DNA of 64,000 nucleotides from Chiloscyllium plagiosum (GCF_004010195.1 NC_057752.1:5385223-5449222), one strand, 5' to 3'; counted from the first letter of the stretch, positions 24,165 to 38,259 are shown. Notes: a model not told the origin generated them from the sequence alone. Translations and numbers: made by a program.

Positions 24165-24775
24165 GTAAGAGAATATACACTTTTTACATTTCAACAGTTT
24201 ATCAGTCTGTTCAACAAGAATGCATGGCTGAAGCTTAAATTATTGGGTTGGGCTTTGCTGTCCTTTGTTCCTTTCATAAAATGGCTTGGCTTCTTCCAGT
24301 TATCTACTATTAATGTAAATTGTGGCAGAGCCCACATCTGCAATTCTTTCGTCTGACCACTGGTTTGGATGATGTGGGATAGGTACATGTAGATGATTTC
24401 AGGTGGGCTGGACCAGGGAGGGGGGAGTTTGGGCTGACTGAGTTGGGTTGCAAGGTTCCACTGAATACCACTTTGCCTGCCTTGATCCAAAACTGATGCC
24501 CATATTTTAGGCCAAATTATATCCCCTTACATTCCTGTGCTGCTAGATTGCAGTTTTAAAAAAAAGCCTTTATTTTAAAATTTCCATCCATGTTCCCTCA
24601 CTTCTCTGTGGCATTACCTCCAGCCCCAACTCTGTCGTCTTCTCCACAGCCTTCAGATAACTGCTCAACTAATCCTTGAGTATCCCCAATTTTAGTTGCT
24701 CCAGCATTGGTGGCTATACTTGTGGTTGCTTTGGCTCTGAGCTCTGAATTTTCTCTTTGTGTCTCTGTCTTTGAT

Positions 24776-25515
24776 CTGAACTGAATTGAATTGAATTTAT
24801 TGTCATGTGTACCGAGGCACAGTGAAAAGCTTTGTCTCGAGAGCAATACAGGCAGATCACACAGTTAAGTAGCATAGATAAGTAAATAATACGTAGACAG
24901 TGGCAAAAACCAAAACACAGATATAGGCGAATGCTAAGAGTTTGAGAGTCCATTCAGTATTCTAACAACAGTAGGGTAGAAACTGTTTCGAAACCGATTG
25001 GTGCGTGTGTCCAGGCAGCTGTACCTTTTCCCCGATGGTAGAGGTTGTAGAAAAGCATTGCCAGGGTGAGATGGATCTTTAAGAATGCTGGTGGCCTTTC
25101 CTTGACAGTGGGCCTGGTAGACGGATTCTATAGATGGGAGGTTGGCCTTAGTGATTGCCCAGGCCGAGTTCACCACTCTCTGTAATCATCTCCGATCTTG
25201 AATGGTACAGTTGCCATACCAGGTAGTGATACATCCAGACAGAATGCTCTCGATGGCGCACCTATAAAAGTTGGCAAGGGTATTTGCCGTCATGCCAAAT
25301 TTTCTCAGCTGCCTGAGGAAGAGAAGACATTGTTGGGCCTTTGTAACCAGTGGATCCACATGAAGAATCCAAGAAAGCTTGTTGCTGATGACCACTCCCA
25401 GGAGCTTGACACACTCCATTCATTCCACCTCTGTGCTGTTAATGTGTAGGGGGCATGAGTAACATCCTGCCGAATTTCAGCAGTAATGAGTTCCTTGGTG
25501 TTGCCAGCATTGAGA
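24776..25515 (-). mobile_element. Rex1/Babar-like LINE 3' fragment
   Basis: KLLGVVIS..LSW..H..KAQQCLLFLRQLRKF..FYRCAIESILS and DPSHPG..LQPLPSGKRY..RTNRFRNSFYP; on the minus strand AATAAA followed by a (TTCAA)n tail. Confidence 0.8.
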
Positions 25516-27239
25516 GCTTCTGCTTTAAGGCCCTCCTGAAAACCTACCAAACATTTGATCATCTGATGTAATGTCTTCCTATGTGGCTTGGTGTGATGTT
25601 TTACAATGCTCTATTGCAGTGTTTTGGGATTTCTAATTTACTTATGGAGCACTTCCAACATGAGTTGTTGTTGGACTGCCAATGCCGCTTGTATAGTTTG
25701 CATGAATGCTTCCTCATCTAACAGGATGTGAAGCAGGAGAACTGTTGTAGTGATTTAAGGAAAAATTTAAGTGAGGGGAAAAAGAACTACACAGGAGAAG
25801 CATTTCGGGGACAAAAGGGATTGCTTTGCATTTATCGATGCCAGTCATTTCAGTTTGAATGGTACAAGAGAGTCTCTTACTCTTTTGCGCTGATGTCCAT
25901 CGCAGACAAAGTACAGAATTAAATAAGTTTTGGCTATTATCAAGTGTAGACCGGCAGAATGGAAACTCAAAATCAAACAAAAATAGTTTCCTCCACATTT
26001 AGCCCTCCCAAGAAGAATGGTGGCAATACCTTCATGCTTCCTCTAATCTTGCACACTTGTCTGTTCCTAATTGATGTTTTCCACAGCAATTGAAGAGCAT
26101 CACCAGTGAGAAACCTGTCCTTCTGTTCAATGCCTTTTGTCTACTATTGTTTCTAGGGTCTTTTACTGGACTGTGGATTATGTTTTTGCCTCTGTTTTAG
26201 CCACCAAGTCCCCTCACTCATTGCTCTTGGATGTCTCATCCCCCATTTACTTAATATTCCAAGACACCAACCCCCACCTCTTTGATTTGATTTATTATTG
26301 TCACATGTACCAAGATACAGTGAAAAGTATTGTTTTAAGTGCTAACCAGTTATATCATACTTTATGTAAGTACATCAGGTAAATAGAACAGCATGCAGAT
26401 TTTCTCCTACGTACAATCCATTAAGGAATTCCATAACCATGAATGTTTCTCAGAGATCATCACCAGTCATACACCACAAATGAGAGATTGGTCCTGTAGG
26501 ACTACAGTGACTTTTTATGCCCAAAATCCTCACTGAGTGCACTACCAAAGTGTTATTACTAGATACTGTTCAAGTATGCAAAAGCCAGAATGGCATATGG
26601 GAGTAAGACTTAAATGGGGACCGGCATAAGGTATTTTTGAGTCCGTGGTACACACAAAATAGCTTATGCAAAAAAAGAGTGATTCAAAAGACTGTTGAGA
26701 TACTGGACTCCATCCTTGCTTTTATATTTTAAACACTAATGAACTATTGGTGTGGTTACTTAAAGCTCTACTGAGACCTTAGGTAGAATATTGTATTCTG
26801 TGTTGAGTGACCCAATTTAGTGTGGATATGCTGACCTTACAAAAGGTCTCGTGGTAATTCATCAGGATGTTACTGAGGGTGAGGAAACCGATTTTATAAT
26901 GTGCTTAAGAAAAAAGTGAGTTATTTCCTTTTCGTGATGCTGAGGTTGAGGGATGATCTGAATCCTGCAGGTACTAGAATTCTGGAACAAATTGGCAATC
27001 TTGGGATTCAAGCCAAATAGGTTAAAAGTGAGTGTGAACTGTTGTTATAGCTTGTCGTAGTAACCAAAACCTGCTGCTTCATTGTTCATGATAGGCGAGG
27101 GAATGAAAGTAAAATCTGAACAGTGGTCGTGCAAACTGCATTCTAATCAAGGCATTTGATTCGTATTTCCTGACGTGAGTTGTGGACCTTGGAAGCAAAA
27201 AAAGTGTTTTGTTTTGTTTCCTTTCCTTTCATTCTATAG

Positions 27240-27351
27240 GAGGGACGATGGCAGTTGGGCAACTTACTATTGGTGGTCCTCTGGCGCAGACATCAGGTGC
27301 AACCGGGGAGTCATTTCCCAATGTATGTCAGTCACCGTTTCTAGAAAACAG
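27240..27351 (+). CDS. KMT2D: KMT2D exon (~exon 27), 112 nt, phase 1->2
   Basis: ctatag|GAGGGA ... ACAG|gtaaac; ends ESFPNVCQSPFLEN(R). Confidence 0.9.
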
Positions 27352-27485
27352 GTAAACGTTTTGTAATCTTTGTTTGGATTCAGGTTATTGTTGAAAGATT
27401 GAAGTTAATAAATGGTCTACCTTGTAAAAATGTTTTCCCTTCCTCTCAACCACACAGTATTTAGTCCTAATATTCGAAGTATTTA

Positions 27486-27780
27486 GGGTGGCACAGTGGC
27501 TGTGGCTCACACTGCTCCCTCAGTGCCAGAGGACCTGGGTTCAATTCCATCCTTGGGTAACTTGTCTATGTGGAGTTTGCATGTTCTCCCTGTGTCTGGG
27601 TGGGTTTCCTCTGGACACTCCAGCTTCCTCCCACAATCTAAATGTGTGCAGGTTAGGTTGAGTTGCTATGAGAAATGCAGAGTTACAGGAGGATAGGTCT
27701 GAGTGGGCTGCTCTTCGGGAGGTGGGGGGTGGATCAATGGGCTGAATGGCGTACTTCCACACTGTAGGGATTCTGTATGA
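27486..27780 (+). mobile_element. tRNA-derived V-SINE/HE1-like element
   Basis: GGTGGCACAGTGG A-box-like head, GGTTCAATTCC B box, TGGAGTTTGCATGTTCTCCC core. Confidence 0.8.
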
Positions 27781-27781
27781 A

Positions 27782-28085
27782 TTAGGAATAGGCGTAGGCC
27801 ATTCAATCCCTATAACCTGCTCTGCCAATCATGGCCTGAAAGCCAGAGTCATCCCAACATACTTTTTATGCCTTAGAGTGCTCCAAAGAGACTCAACTGT
27901 CTGAAAGAAAATCCATCTCATCTCTGTCTTGAATGGGAGGTGCATTATTTTTTAATGGTGTCTCTCAATCTCTTCCGCAAGAAGAGCGCATCCTTTCTGC
28001 ATTCACCCTGTCAAGTCTCCTCAGGATCTTGCAACTTTAAGATACCTCTCATTCTTCTAAATTCCAATGGATGCAGGCCCAGCCA
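27782..28085 (-). mobile_element. CR1 LINE 3' fragment
   Basis: Reverse complement of the CR1 tail (...GAATGGCCTAC.CCT) and of LEFRRMR-like coding sequence. Confidence 0.65.
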
Positions 28086-28975
28086 GGCCACAACTTTACA
28101 AATTATGCATTAACTATCTGGATGTAGGAACTGAGGGCATTGTTGCTAAGTTTGTAGATGGCGCAAAAATAGGTGACTGGGTAGTGTTGAGGAGGCGAAG
28201 AGACTGCAGAAGGACGTCGACAGGCTCAGGTTCAGCAAAGAAGTTGCCATTGGAATACAGTATGGGGACATGTCAGGTTATGCACTTTGGTAGGAAGAGT
28301 TGAGGCAGAGACTATTTTCTAAACTGGGAAAGGCATTAGGAATCTGAAGCACAAAGAATCTTGGGTGTCCTAATGCAGGATTCTCTTAAGGTTAGCATGC
28401 AGGTTCAGTTAGCAGTTAGGAAGGTAAATGCAATGTTAGCATTCATTTCAAGAGGGCTAGAATACAGAGAGGGATGTACTGTTGGGGCTACATAAGACTC
28501 TGGACCATGAATGGAATATTGTGAGCAATGTTTGGCCCAGTACCTAAGGAAGGATGTGCCGGTCTTTGAGGGGGGTCCGGAGGAGATTTACAAAAATGAT
28601 CCCGAGAATGAAGATCTTGTCATGTGAGGAGCATTAGAGGATTCTGGGTCTGTACTCTGGAGTTTAGAATGATTGAGGGATTGATGTTATTGACATTTAC
28701 ATAATACTGAGAGACCTGGATAGCGTGGAAGTGGGGATGATTTCACTAGTAGGAGACTAGGGCCCAAGGTCACAGCCTCAGTGAATGGACAACTCTTTAG
28801 AACTGAGATGAGGAGGAATTTCTTCAGCTAGAGGGTGGGGAATCTGGAACTCATTGATGCAGAAGGCTGTGGAGGCTAAGTCATTGTGTGTATTTAAGAC
28901 ACACTTCAACCATGATCAAATGGCAGAGCAGATTTGATGGGCTGAATGACCTAATACTACTCCTATATCTTTTGG
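28086..28975 (+). mobile_element. Decayed CR1 LINE (RT C-terminus and tail)
   Basis: PQLY...INYLD...AKFVDGAKIG, CQVMHFGRKS; 3' GGGCTGAATGACCTAATAC. Confidence 0.85.
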
Positions 28976-29974
28976 CTTTTTCTCCTGTTGGAAATCGGAT
29001 CCTGCTATTCTTGGAGTCTTCACAAAAGTTTTTTTAAAAAGTATCAAAGTAGACAAAGTCCATAATATACATGTCTGAGGTTAACAGAAAACCCAGTTTC
29101 TGTACTTTACAAGAACTATTACTTATTACTTATCTCTCACCACAGATAAACAGCTATGACTGTCAACATATGATTATTCATTGAACCTCTTAACCCCTTT
29201 TAGACACACATGCAACTTCTTAAATAAATCATGTTATGTGCAGAAGGGGCAAAAACAAAACTGGGGAAACTCTTCAATGGCATCAGTTCTTGAGACTTAA
29301 TAGAGGGGTTTGTATTGTTTCCCCAAGTCTTTCAGTTCTGAGTTCTTCCTGTGGGTTATTTCACTTTTCAGGCGTCAGAGTGACTGGTTCACAAATTATA
29401 AAAGCTCTCTGACTGCTTTGTTAAAAGCAACAACTGTTATGAGAAAAATATTGCTTTTTTAAAACTTCAGGTATTTTGTTGGAGAGATGAGCATAACACC
29501 TCCCTTCTCCAGGTCTGATGGCTTCTTACTGTATCAGTCACACCCACAAGCTGTTCAACTACCAAGGACCCATTTGTTAATAACCCTCGACATGTACAAC
29601 TGGTCACAATTGTACAAACCAATCAGCTACTTGTTGTGGATTGATCGCAATTTGTACACGCTCTGATGCTGTGCCATCTATTTGCACTTACCTGCACTGC
29701 TTGCAAAGCAGCAGAGTAAGCATGCCTTATAATGAGTCCAGTAACTTGTTTTTTAAAAGTACCATAATTCCTTCCTCAGTCCTTCGTTGTAAAACAGTCC
29801 TTTTCCCAATTCAGTCCACAATCAAAAATAAAGCAAAATGAAAAAAATGCAGTCTTTATACTCCTAAGATAACCTGTGAAGAATTTGTCTTCTCAGATGC
29901 TGCCAGACCTGAATTTCTCCAGCACTTAGTTTTTGTTTCAGGTATCCAGCATCTGCAGTACTTTGTTCTGATTT

Positions 29975-30900
29975 CCTTGCTTTTATATTCCATTACACCT
30001 GCAATAAATTGCAACAGTTCACTTGCTGTACCTGCGTACCATCTTTGTGATTCATGTACCAGGGTACCCAAATCTCTCTCCTGCAGTTTTCTGCAAGCTC
30101 GATATTGAAATAATATTCTGCTTTCTGTACTCTTCCAAAGAGGGCAGACTCTAATTTTCCCACAGCAATTTTTTTGCTCCCTTACATTTTCTCTATATTT
30201 CTTTACAGGTTTGTGCCCTGTTCACAACTTATTTTCCCGCCTATACTTGTAACTTTCTTTCCTGGACTTTCTCCTCTTCGTGCTGTTCACTGTCAGCCTC
30301 TTCGTTGCTTTCTTTGAGCACCCTTCTTGGCGATTTGTTATTTCTGTTCCTCAACCATAATGACAGTCAACTTTAGACACACAGCAAATTTAGCAGCCAT
30401 TCCTTCAATCCCTTCATCCAAATCATTTATGGATATTTTTATTCAACCTGTTCAGAAATGTTATGATACCTCTGGAGCAGGTGGGACTTGAACCCAGGCC
30501 ATCTGACTTGAAGGTAGGGACAATGCCACTGTCACAAGGCCCTTCCAAGTCATTTATGTAATTGGTAAATAATTGAGGCCCCAGAACTGATTCTTGCAGC
30601 AACCATGCCCTGCCAGCCTGCAAATGACCCTTTTATGCACACCATCTGCTTCCTACTTGTCTCACTCTGTGCTGGTAGATGACCTCATTGATCCGCAAGC
30701 TGTTATTTTGTGTAGAAATCTACAATATTTCCATTGATTTCCCTCCTTCCTCAAAGAGCTCTAATAAATTTTTGAAACTTTAGTTCCTTTTCGCAAAATT
30801 ATGTTGACTATGCATAAAGGTTTTCTGAATATTCTATTATAACCTCTTTAATAGTGGTTTCCAGCATTTGCCCATGACAGATGTTAGCCCATAACAACTT
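29975..30900 (-). mobile_element. Decayed antisense CR1 fragments
   Basis: QESVLGPQLFTNYINDLE (30423..30623 -) and MGTLVHESQ (29856..30071 -); boundaries approximate. Confidence 0.6.
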
Positions 30901-30930
30901 ATGATTTCCTGCTTTCTGTCTCTCTCTCTC

Positions 30931-31488
30931 ATGAATAGACTTAAGGGGTTAAGTTATGAGGACAGGTTATACAAATTAAGCCTGTTTTCTCTAGAATTTA
31001 GAAGTTTAAAGGGTGATCTGATTGAGGTCTTCAAAATATTAACAGGAATAGATAGGATAGACAAAGATAAACTATTTTCACTGGCTGGGGATTCTCGAAC
31101 CGGGGGCATAGTCTGAGAATTACCATTCAGGAGATATGTTGGAAGCACTTCTATGCACAGAGGTTGATAAAGGATTGCAACTCTCTTCCGCAAACTGCAG
31201 TGGTTGCTGAATCAGTTATTGATTTTAAATCTCAGATAATTTTTTTTACTAAACAAAGGGATATGGGCCAAAGGCAGGTATATGGAGTTAGGCTACAGAT
31301 CAGACATTGGAGAAAGTGAGGAATGCAGATGCTGGAGAGTAAAGTCGAGAGTGTGATGCTGGAAAAGCACAGCAGGTTAGGCGGCATCCGAGGAGCAGGA
31401 GAATTGATGTTTCAGGCATAAGCCCTTGATCTCTTTGAATAGTGGAAAGTTCAAAGAGCTAAATGGCCTATTTCTGTTCCTGTATTTT
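30931..31488 (+). mobile_element. CR1 3' fragment interrupted at ~31307-31427 by an antisense hammerhead-bearing Penelope-type remnant
   Basis: LKGLSYEDRLYKLSLFSLEFRSLKGDLIEVFKIL; the tail sequence ACAGATCAG.CAT|GATCTC.TTGAAT is split by the insert. Confidence 0.8.
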
Positions 31489-32769
31489 CGGGGGGGAAAG
31501 AAACTATGACTCCTAATCTGATGGGACCTCTTCAGAATTTATGGGGTTTAATAAAATTCAAACTTGTGTGTCTACTATCTGAGCAGCAAGTTTTTTTTTA
31601 AACAACCTAAGATGTGAGTCTTAGAAATGTGGTGATAGAAAGAGTTCCTGCAAGCTCTTGGTAAATTAATGGAAAGAATAAACTTGTTGCTGAACTTTTT
31701 TTCAGTCTTCTGTCTGTCATGTAAGTGTAAAAATACACTGCTATTTTGGAGTCTCCAAACCAAGCTATCAAGAAATCTCTCAGGCTGAATTTGGTTGCCC
31801 GATCCAAAGTGTACCTTCCTCCATAATGAGAGAAACATTATGTTGACCGAAACCAATTGAGCAATGAAATGAGATTCATTTTAATAACTACTTTTTTTGT
31901 TTTGCAGGATGCAATGTTACATATGTCTGCTTCTACCTACTACCCCAATGTCCCAGCAGTCTGTCTCTATAAATACTCTAAATATTTAATAAGCCCTTTA
32001 ACTGTGTCTTAATATAATTTAATTGCTGATTTTCAAGAGCTGAGGCAGCAGTACCACCACCAAGTGTGTGCAGGCCTACTGCTGGAAATTAACCATTCAA
32101 AATGGTGCATACTGATCACTTCCTGCTGTTCATTGTTTTACCTAACAGCACTGGCTTTAAAGATTGTTTTGAGCAGACTGGAAAAATGCAGATAACCAGT
32201 CTACCACTGTAGACTCCAAAAATTGAAATGCATGCTTGGTTAGTCAACAGTACTACCTTGGATTAGAATCTATTGCCAAGCATTGGATTGATTTTCCTTC
32301 TCCAATATGTTATCTTGGAACCATGTTGGCTCCAAACAGACTGTTCACCTCAACCCCTTCCTCTAGGAGGATAGTATCTACTCAGTCAGTTCACTGTAGA
32401 TGTTTTGTCTTTGCAGGGTGTATTGCGCCACTTGGCGATCCTCCTGATTAGCATAATGAGAAATGTAACTGACCCAAGAACGTACATTGCTAGAAACGTA
32501 TGATAACCCCATCTAACGATTGTTTCACCAATTGGCAATGTAGAGCTACAGCAATGACTGTTTACTAGTTAATGGCAAGTACTGAATCCTGGATGAAATG
32601 TTTTCTCATCATCTAGTTTTTCAGTAACTGTCATTTCTAAGTCGTTACAAGTTACATATTTGACTTATTCTTTTTCAGCAAGATGTAAGATGCATTTAGG
32701 GCAATTTGTAAAATACTAAACAATGAAAATGAGTTATGTTTGTGTTAGATATTTTTGATTGATTTACAG

Positions 32770-33020
32770 GGAAAGGAGTATACCTTTCAGCCCAGACAGT
32801 GGGGAGCAACAGAGCCCGTGGACAACCCCTGCCACCCCAGCTACCCCGACCACTCCAACGACCCCGACCACTCCTACAGAGGGAGAAGGAGATGGGCTGT
32901 CCTACAACCAGCGAAGTATACTTAGATGGGAAAAAGATGAGGCTTTGGGGGAATTATCAACCATATCACCTGTTCTCTACGCGAATATCAACTTCCCGAA
33001 CCTGAAACATGATTACCCAG
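32770..33020 (+). CDS. KMT2D: KMT2D exon (~exon 28), 251 nt, phase 2->1; TP repeats and start of the HMG-box
   Basis: ttacag|GGAAAG ... CCAG|gtatga; SPWTTPATPATPTTPTTPTTPTEGEGDGLSYNQRS...NFPNLKHDYP. Confidence 0.96.
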
Positions 33021-33214
33021 GTATGATGTTAGACATAAATTCCAATTTAAGGGCTACTTCATGAATAAAAGCATGCTACATAGTATTGGCCATCTTATAG
33101 ATTGTGAATAAGTTGTTTTTAATCCTGCGATAGTTGGTGGTAATCTCAAGTGGCTATGTAGAAGTTTCCTTTATTTGTTTTTTTGTTTCTCCACCCTCCC
33201 CGCCCCCAAACCAG

Positions 33215-33288
33215 ACTGGGCAAGTCGTTGTAAGCAGATCACTAAGATTTGGAGAAAGGTACCGGCAACTGACAAAGCACCATTTCTG
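33215..33288 (+). CDS. KMT2D: KMT2D exon (~exon 29), 74 nt, phase 1->0; HMG-box
   Basis: aaccag|ACTGGG ... TCTG|gtaagt; (D)WASRCKQITKIWRKVPATDKAPFL. Confidence 0.96.
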
Positions 33289-35419
33289 GTAAGTGCTTAC
33301 TTCCCTTTGATAAATTGTTGTCAGGTGAGATGTCAAAGTAAAGATTCATGGAATTTAAACTGAACTCAATCAGTAGGGAACTAGTGTTAAATTTTGCATG
33401 CATTTTACTCTCCACTGTAATTGAGCTAGGCAGTGATGGGATATTTTACAGTTAACTAAGTAGCTTGGTATTTTTGACCAAAACTATTAGAGTACATAGA
33501 ATGGGTGTGGGACCTTGTGGTTTTTACATACATCCTAAAATTTGTTTTGATCAGAAACAAATCCACAGTGATACACGCTTAATTCCATTTATAGTGCATA
33601 ATGCAAGAACGTTATCTTTCACCCATTAGGAGTTTAGCCAGTCTAAAGCCACAAGTGCTGTAAATTTGCCACCAATAATGAATGTGCTGGATCCAGATGA
33701 ATGCTTGTATTTTGTGATGCTTCTACTGTAGAGACCGGTTTCTAATAAGTTACTACTAAAGATTTGTGAAATATTACATTCTGAAGTATGAGTTATCTTG
33801 TGTTTAAAGTCATAGAAACAAACTAATTTGCTCTTAAGGTCAGCACAAATGCATATGAACCTCTTGAAACAATATTTGCCAAAACAAAAAGTTGATTTTG
33901 AGAAGAATGTGACTCTAGAATCGTTTAATACAAATAACTTAAGATCTAGCAATTATAAAGTCATGTGAATTTGACCATGGGGCAAGCAAATTGAAATTTT
34001 CAGACTTTTTAAAAAAACAAACTTTAAAAAGTGACTTATCCATATGATGGCAAATGACTTGTTTGGAGACTTAGAAATTACACCACAGATGAAGGCAGTT
34101 CCATCCAGCTAGTCTGTTTTTAACGTTTGCACTCGATGCAAGCAAATTGTTTTACAACAACAATTCACATTTATGTAGCACCTTTTTACTGTCACAGGCC
34201 GATTGCAAGTTTTAAAAAAGAATTCTCTCCTATCCTCACTGCCTGTCTATTGTCAGATTGTATCTCAATTTCTTCCCCTTTTTTGAGCGTGTTTTAACCA
34301 TTCACTCTGTTGTGGGCAATAACTTTGCAAGGAACATGACATGCCACCAAAAGTTGGGAAAAAACAGATATAGGATTTATTTCACATGGACTTGGATGCT
34401 TTGAAACACAAGCACAGAAAGAAACCTGTACAGAGTATAAAATCAGAAAGCATAAATGAGATTGTTCAATTAATAATAACTAAAATACCAAAAAAAGAGA
34501 AATCGGGGCTTAACAGTGTCCTTGTTTTTACAGATGGAACCCAAAAATCCAAAATTGGTATTAGTCCGGAATTTGTTTGTGGGGTTGGTTGATTAGCTGG
34601 CTAGCTGGTCAGCGTTTGAGAAGTTGTCGGCGGTCTCTTCTTTTCTTTTTAAAAATCTCTTGCAAAGTCCTCCTGAGCATTTGCCAGAATGTAACTTCTA
34701 CTTAACTACTTTGATGAAAGAAACTTTACCAATACAGTGCAAATTCAGGTTGTTGGCTGCTTTCTACAGGCGAGATGCTTTTCTCTTGTAGCCAGAGTTA
34801 GCAATGTTGATATTCTGTACATGGTGTACAGAACAATGCTGACCCTTAAACTGTCTTCCATTTCAAAGTCTTAAACTAAAGAAGGCAGTTGGGCTTAATA
34901 CAGTGGGACTGATGTGACCGAGACTCTTGCAGGAGGAACAGCACTTACCCTTGAGACAAATGCTTACATTGCAGATAACCCCAGGAGTTGATCACGGACA
35001 ACCGACTAAGTGGAAAGCCATTAATACATCTTGTAAGATGGATGTGATTTGTGATTCAAGAGATGCTCTCGGAGGCAATTGTTATAATATGCTACAGAAA
35101 TACAATAGTGACCATTCCAGTCTCATTAGGAGGTAGCTGCATCTTGATTGTTTGGATGACATTGACTTCGGGGAGAGTTCCGGAAGGTTATTGCCAGGTT
35201 CTGTCACGTGTAGCAGCCATGTTTGTTTGTTAGTTGTTGACGGTTTTGAAAACAGGCATTCAGTAAACATAGATATGTATTTAAAAATTTGGTTTTTACT
35301 CCATTTGTGGCAGTAGTTAAATATCCCAAGGCATTTCACAGAAATTTAATCAGACAGAGAAGGCTGACATTAAACAAATAAACCAAAGAACTGTAGGTGC
35401 TGGAAAGAAACAAAAACAA

Positions 35420-35608
35420 ATAGAATCCCTACGCAGTGGAAGCAGGCCATTCAGCCTTTTGAGTGCACACTAACCCTCCAAAGAGCACCCCACCCAGACC
35501 CAATCCCCCACCTACCCCTGTAACCTTGCATTTCTTATGGCTAATCCACATAACCTGCATACTATGGGCAATTTAGCATGGCCAATCCACTTAATCAGCA
35601 CATGTTTA
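35420..35608 (-). mobile_element. 3' part of a V-SINE/HE1-like element
   Basis: Shares GGAAGCAGGCCATTCAGCC...CTATGGGCAATTTAGCATGGCCAAT with the copy at 23569-23831. Confidence 0.75.
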
Positions 35609-35614
35609 GACATA

Positions 35615-37790
35615 ATTAGAGAAACTATGGGCCTGGCAGCATCTGGAGAGAAAGCAGAGTTAACATTTTGGGTCCAGTGACCCTCATTCAGAACTGACGG
35701 TAGCTAGAAAAAGATTGGCATTTTTGTTGAAGGTGTAGTGTGGGGAGGAGTAAACAATAGGTGGAGATGGAATGCAGAGAGGGAGAGAGAGACAACAGCA
35801 GTTGGGTAGCCAAAGAAATGGGTAAACATCAGACTGAGAGAATCAATAGCTATTAATGAGGACAATTAATAGCTGAGACAGGATTGTTTGTGCTAGCAGC
35901 CCAAGTGGTATAATGTCCTAGTGTGTGTGGTTTCAGGTTAGGAAATGGGAGAAAGTGTTCAGGTCTTAAAATTATTGAACTTAATATGGAGTCCTAGAGG
36001 CCGCTGTGACCCCGAGTGGAAAATGAGATGTTGTTCTTCCAGTTTGTGCCGAGGCTCATCAGAGCACTGCATTAAGCCAGAGAAACAGATGTTGGCCTGG
36101 GAGCAAGGTGGTGTTCAGGTGGCAGGCTACCAGAAACTCAGGGTCATTTTTGCAGATATTCTGCAAAGCGGTTACCAAGTCTGTCATTTGTCTCCTGGGT
36201 GTAGAGGCGAACCACATTGTGAGCAGTAAATACAGTAGACTGGATTGAATGAAGTGCAAGTAAATCGCTGCTTCACTTGGAAGGTGTGTCAGGATCTTCG
36301 ATGATGGGGAGGTGAACGGGCAAGTGTTACACCTTCTGTGATTACATGGGAAGTGCCTTAAGGGAATGGGGAGTCATTGAGAACGGCGGAAGAATGGATC
36401 ACGGTATTCTGGAGGGAATAGTCCCTGTGGAAGGCTGACAAGGGAGGAGAGGGGAATGTATGTCTGGTGGTGCCATCCCGCTGGAGATTGCATGAATGTC
36501 AGCTAATGATCCTTTGCCTGGTGGATGCTGATGAGCTAGCACATGAGGGCAAGGGGGACTCTATTGGTGTTGTGGGAAGGAAGAGAGGGTTTGATGGCCA
36601 AAGTGCCCAAGATAGATGGGACATGGCTGAGGGCACAGTTGACCATGGTGGTGAGGAATCCTCAATTGTGGAAGAAAGGTGGTAATTTCAGAGGCCCCCT
36701 TGGAGAAGTTGGTATCCTTGGAACAGATGAGACTGAGAACCTGGGAGAATGAAATAGGCTTTTCAGGAAGTGGGGTGAGTGGATGTATAGCCTAAGTAAC
36801 TGTGGAAGTCAGTGGGTTTGTAGTGGATATCAGTGGCCATTATCCCCATAAATGGAAACCTGTCAAGAAAGGGAAGGGAGGAGTCAGAGATGGGCCAGAT
36901 GAAGGTGAGAGCAGGTTGGAAATTGGAAGCGCAATTGAATAATATATCCAATTCCAGACGAGAGAGGGAAGCAGTACCGAATGATGTTATTGGTGTACCA
37001 GAGAAACAGTTGTGGGTGAGGGCCAGCGTAGGACTGGAACAAGAAATGTTCCATGTACCCACAAAGGGGCAGGCGTACCTGGGGCCCATGCGGGTACCCA
37101 TTGCCACACCTTGATCTGAAGGGTGTGACTGGAGTTAAAGGAGTTGTTCAAAGTGAGGTTGAGCTTGTCCAGGCATAGTGTGGTCCAAGATGAGGATAGT
37201 TCAGGCCTTTTGTCCATGAAGAAGCAGAGAGTTCTGAGACCATCTTAAGGGGGGGTGGACATGTAAAGGGATTGCACATCCATGGTGAAGAGAAGGCTGC
37301 TGGAGCCGGTAAATTGCAAATTCTGAAACTAATGTGAAGCATCATGGGTGTAAGTGGGAAGGGACTAGACAAGGGGAGAAAATAATCAAGGTAGAAAAGG
37401 ATACATTCTGTGGGGCAGGAACAGGCAGAAACAGAAGGTCTGCCTAGGCGGACCTGTTTGTGGGTTTTGGGAAGGAGGTAGAAGTGGGCTATGTGGGTTT
37501 GGGGGACTGTGAGCATGGCGACAGTGGTAGGAGGATGGGTGGGAGAGATCCCCTGATGAAATGGGATTCGTAATTGTTGTGGATGCAGTAGCTTGATCCT
37601 CAATGGTAAAGTCCTGGTCCAGGGAGAGAGAGGAGGTGGTGTCAGAGAGCTGCTGCTCAGCCTCAGCAATGTAGAGGTCAGGATGCCAGGCAACAACAGC
37701 ACCATCCTTGTCAGCAGGCTTGATTACCAAGCTGTTGTTGGATCTGAGAGCACAGAATGCAGTCAGTCAGAAGTAAAGGGAGTGCAGAGA
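35615..37790 (-). mobile_element. Decayed Penelope-like element (RT region and 3' end)
   Basis: VIKPADKDGAVV, FYLLPKTHK...GRP.VS.CSCPTE, AMGTRMGP.YAC.FVG, LPFLD, DIHYKPTDFHSYL in frameshifted ORFs; decayed hammerhead-like AGTT-CTGAATGA-GGGTCACTGGACCC-AAAATGTT-AACT at ~35658-35695 (-). Confidence 0.85.
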
Positions 37791-38259
37791 AATCTGGCAT
37801 TTGGACAGTTGGTTAAGTAAAGTGTGTGTGTTGGAGGTGGTTGAAGGGGCGTAAAATGAGTTTTACCCAAAGAAATGGGCTGGCAGGCGAAGGCGACAGA
37901 AGAGTCCAATGTCATGTGCCTCAAAATTCATTTGAAGTGGGATGCAGAAGGATCAAACTAAGACCTTCACCAAGTACAGAGGTTGACAACCTTCCAAAGA
38001 TGGGGACAGTTAAAACAAATTACCCAAAAGCAGTTTAAGGAGGCAAGGCAATGGAGAATTTAGGGACAGAATTGCAATCTTGCAACTGAATGCTTGTCTA
38101 TTAATTATGGGCAAAGGAAGGTGAGAGTGCGCAAGAGTAGAATTGATGAAATCCTATATTTTAGAGAGGTTGTATACCTGGAGGAAGTTACAAAGATGGG
38201 GAAGGGAGTAAGGTGATTTGAAGACTCTGTATTAGTTCAGTAATGTGACCATGATGCCA

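Noticed and set aside
27486..27560. tRNA gene
   Set aside because: The A/B boxes continue into a SINE body and no cloverleaf is evident; the same applies near 23815-23871.
31890..32470. Strong-looking acceptors at 31907 and 32416
   Set aside because: No convincing donors and early in-frame stops; such decoys are common in AT-rich introns.
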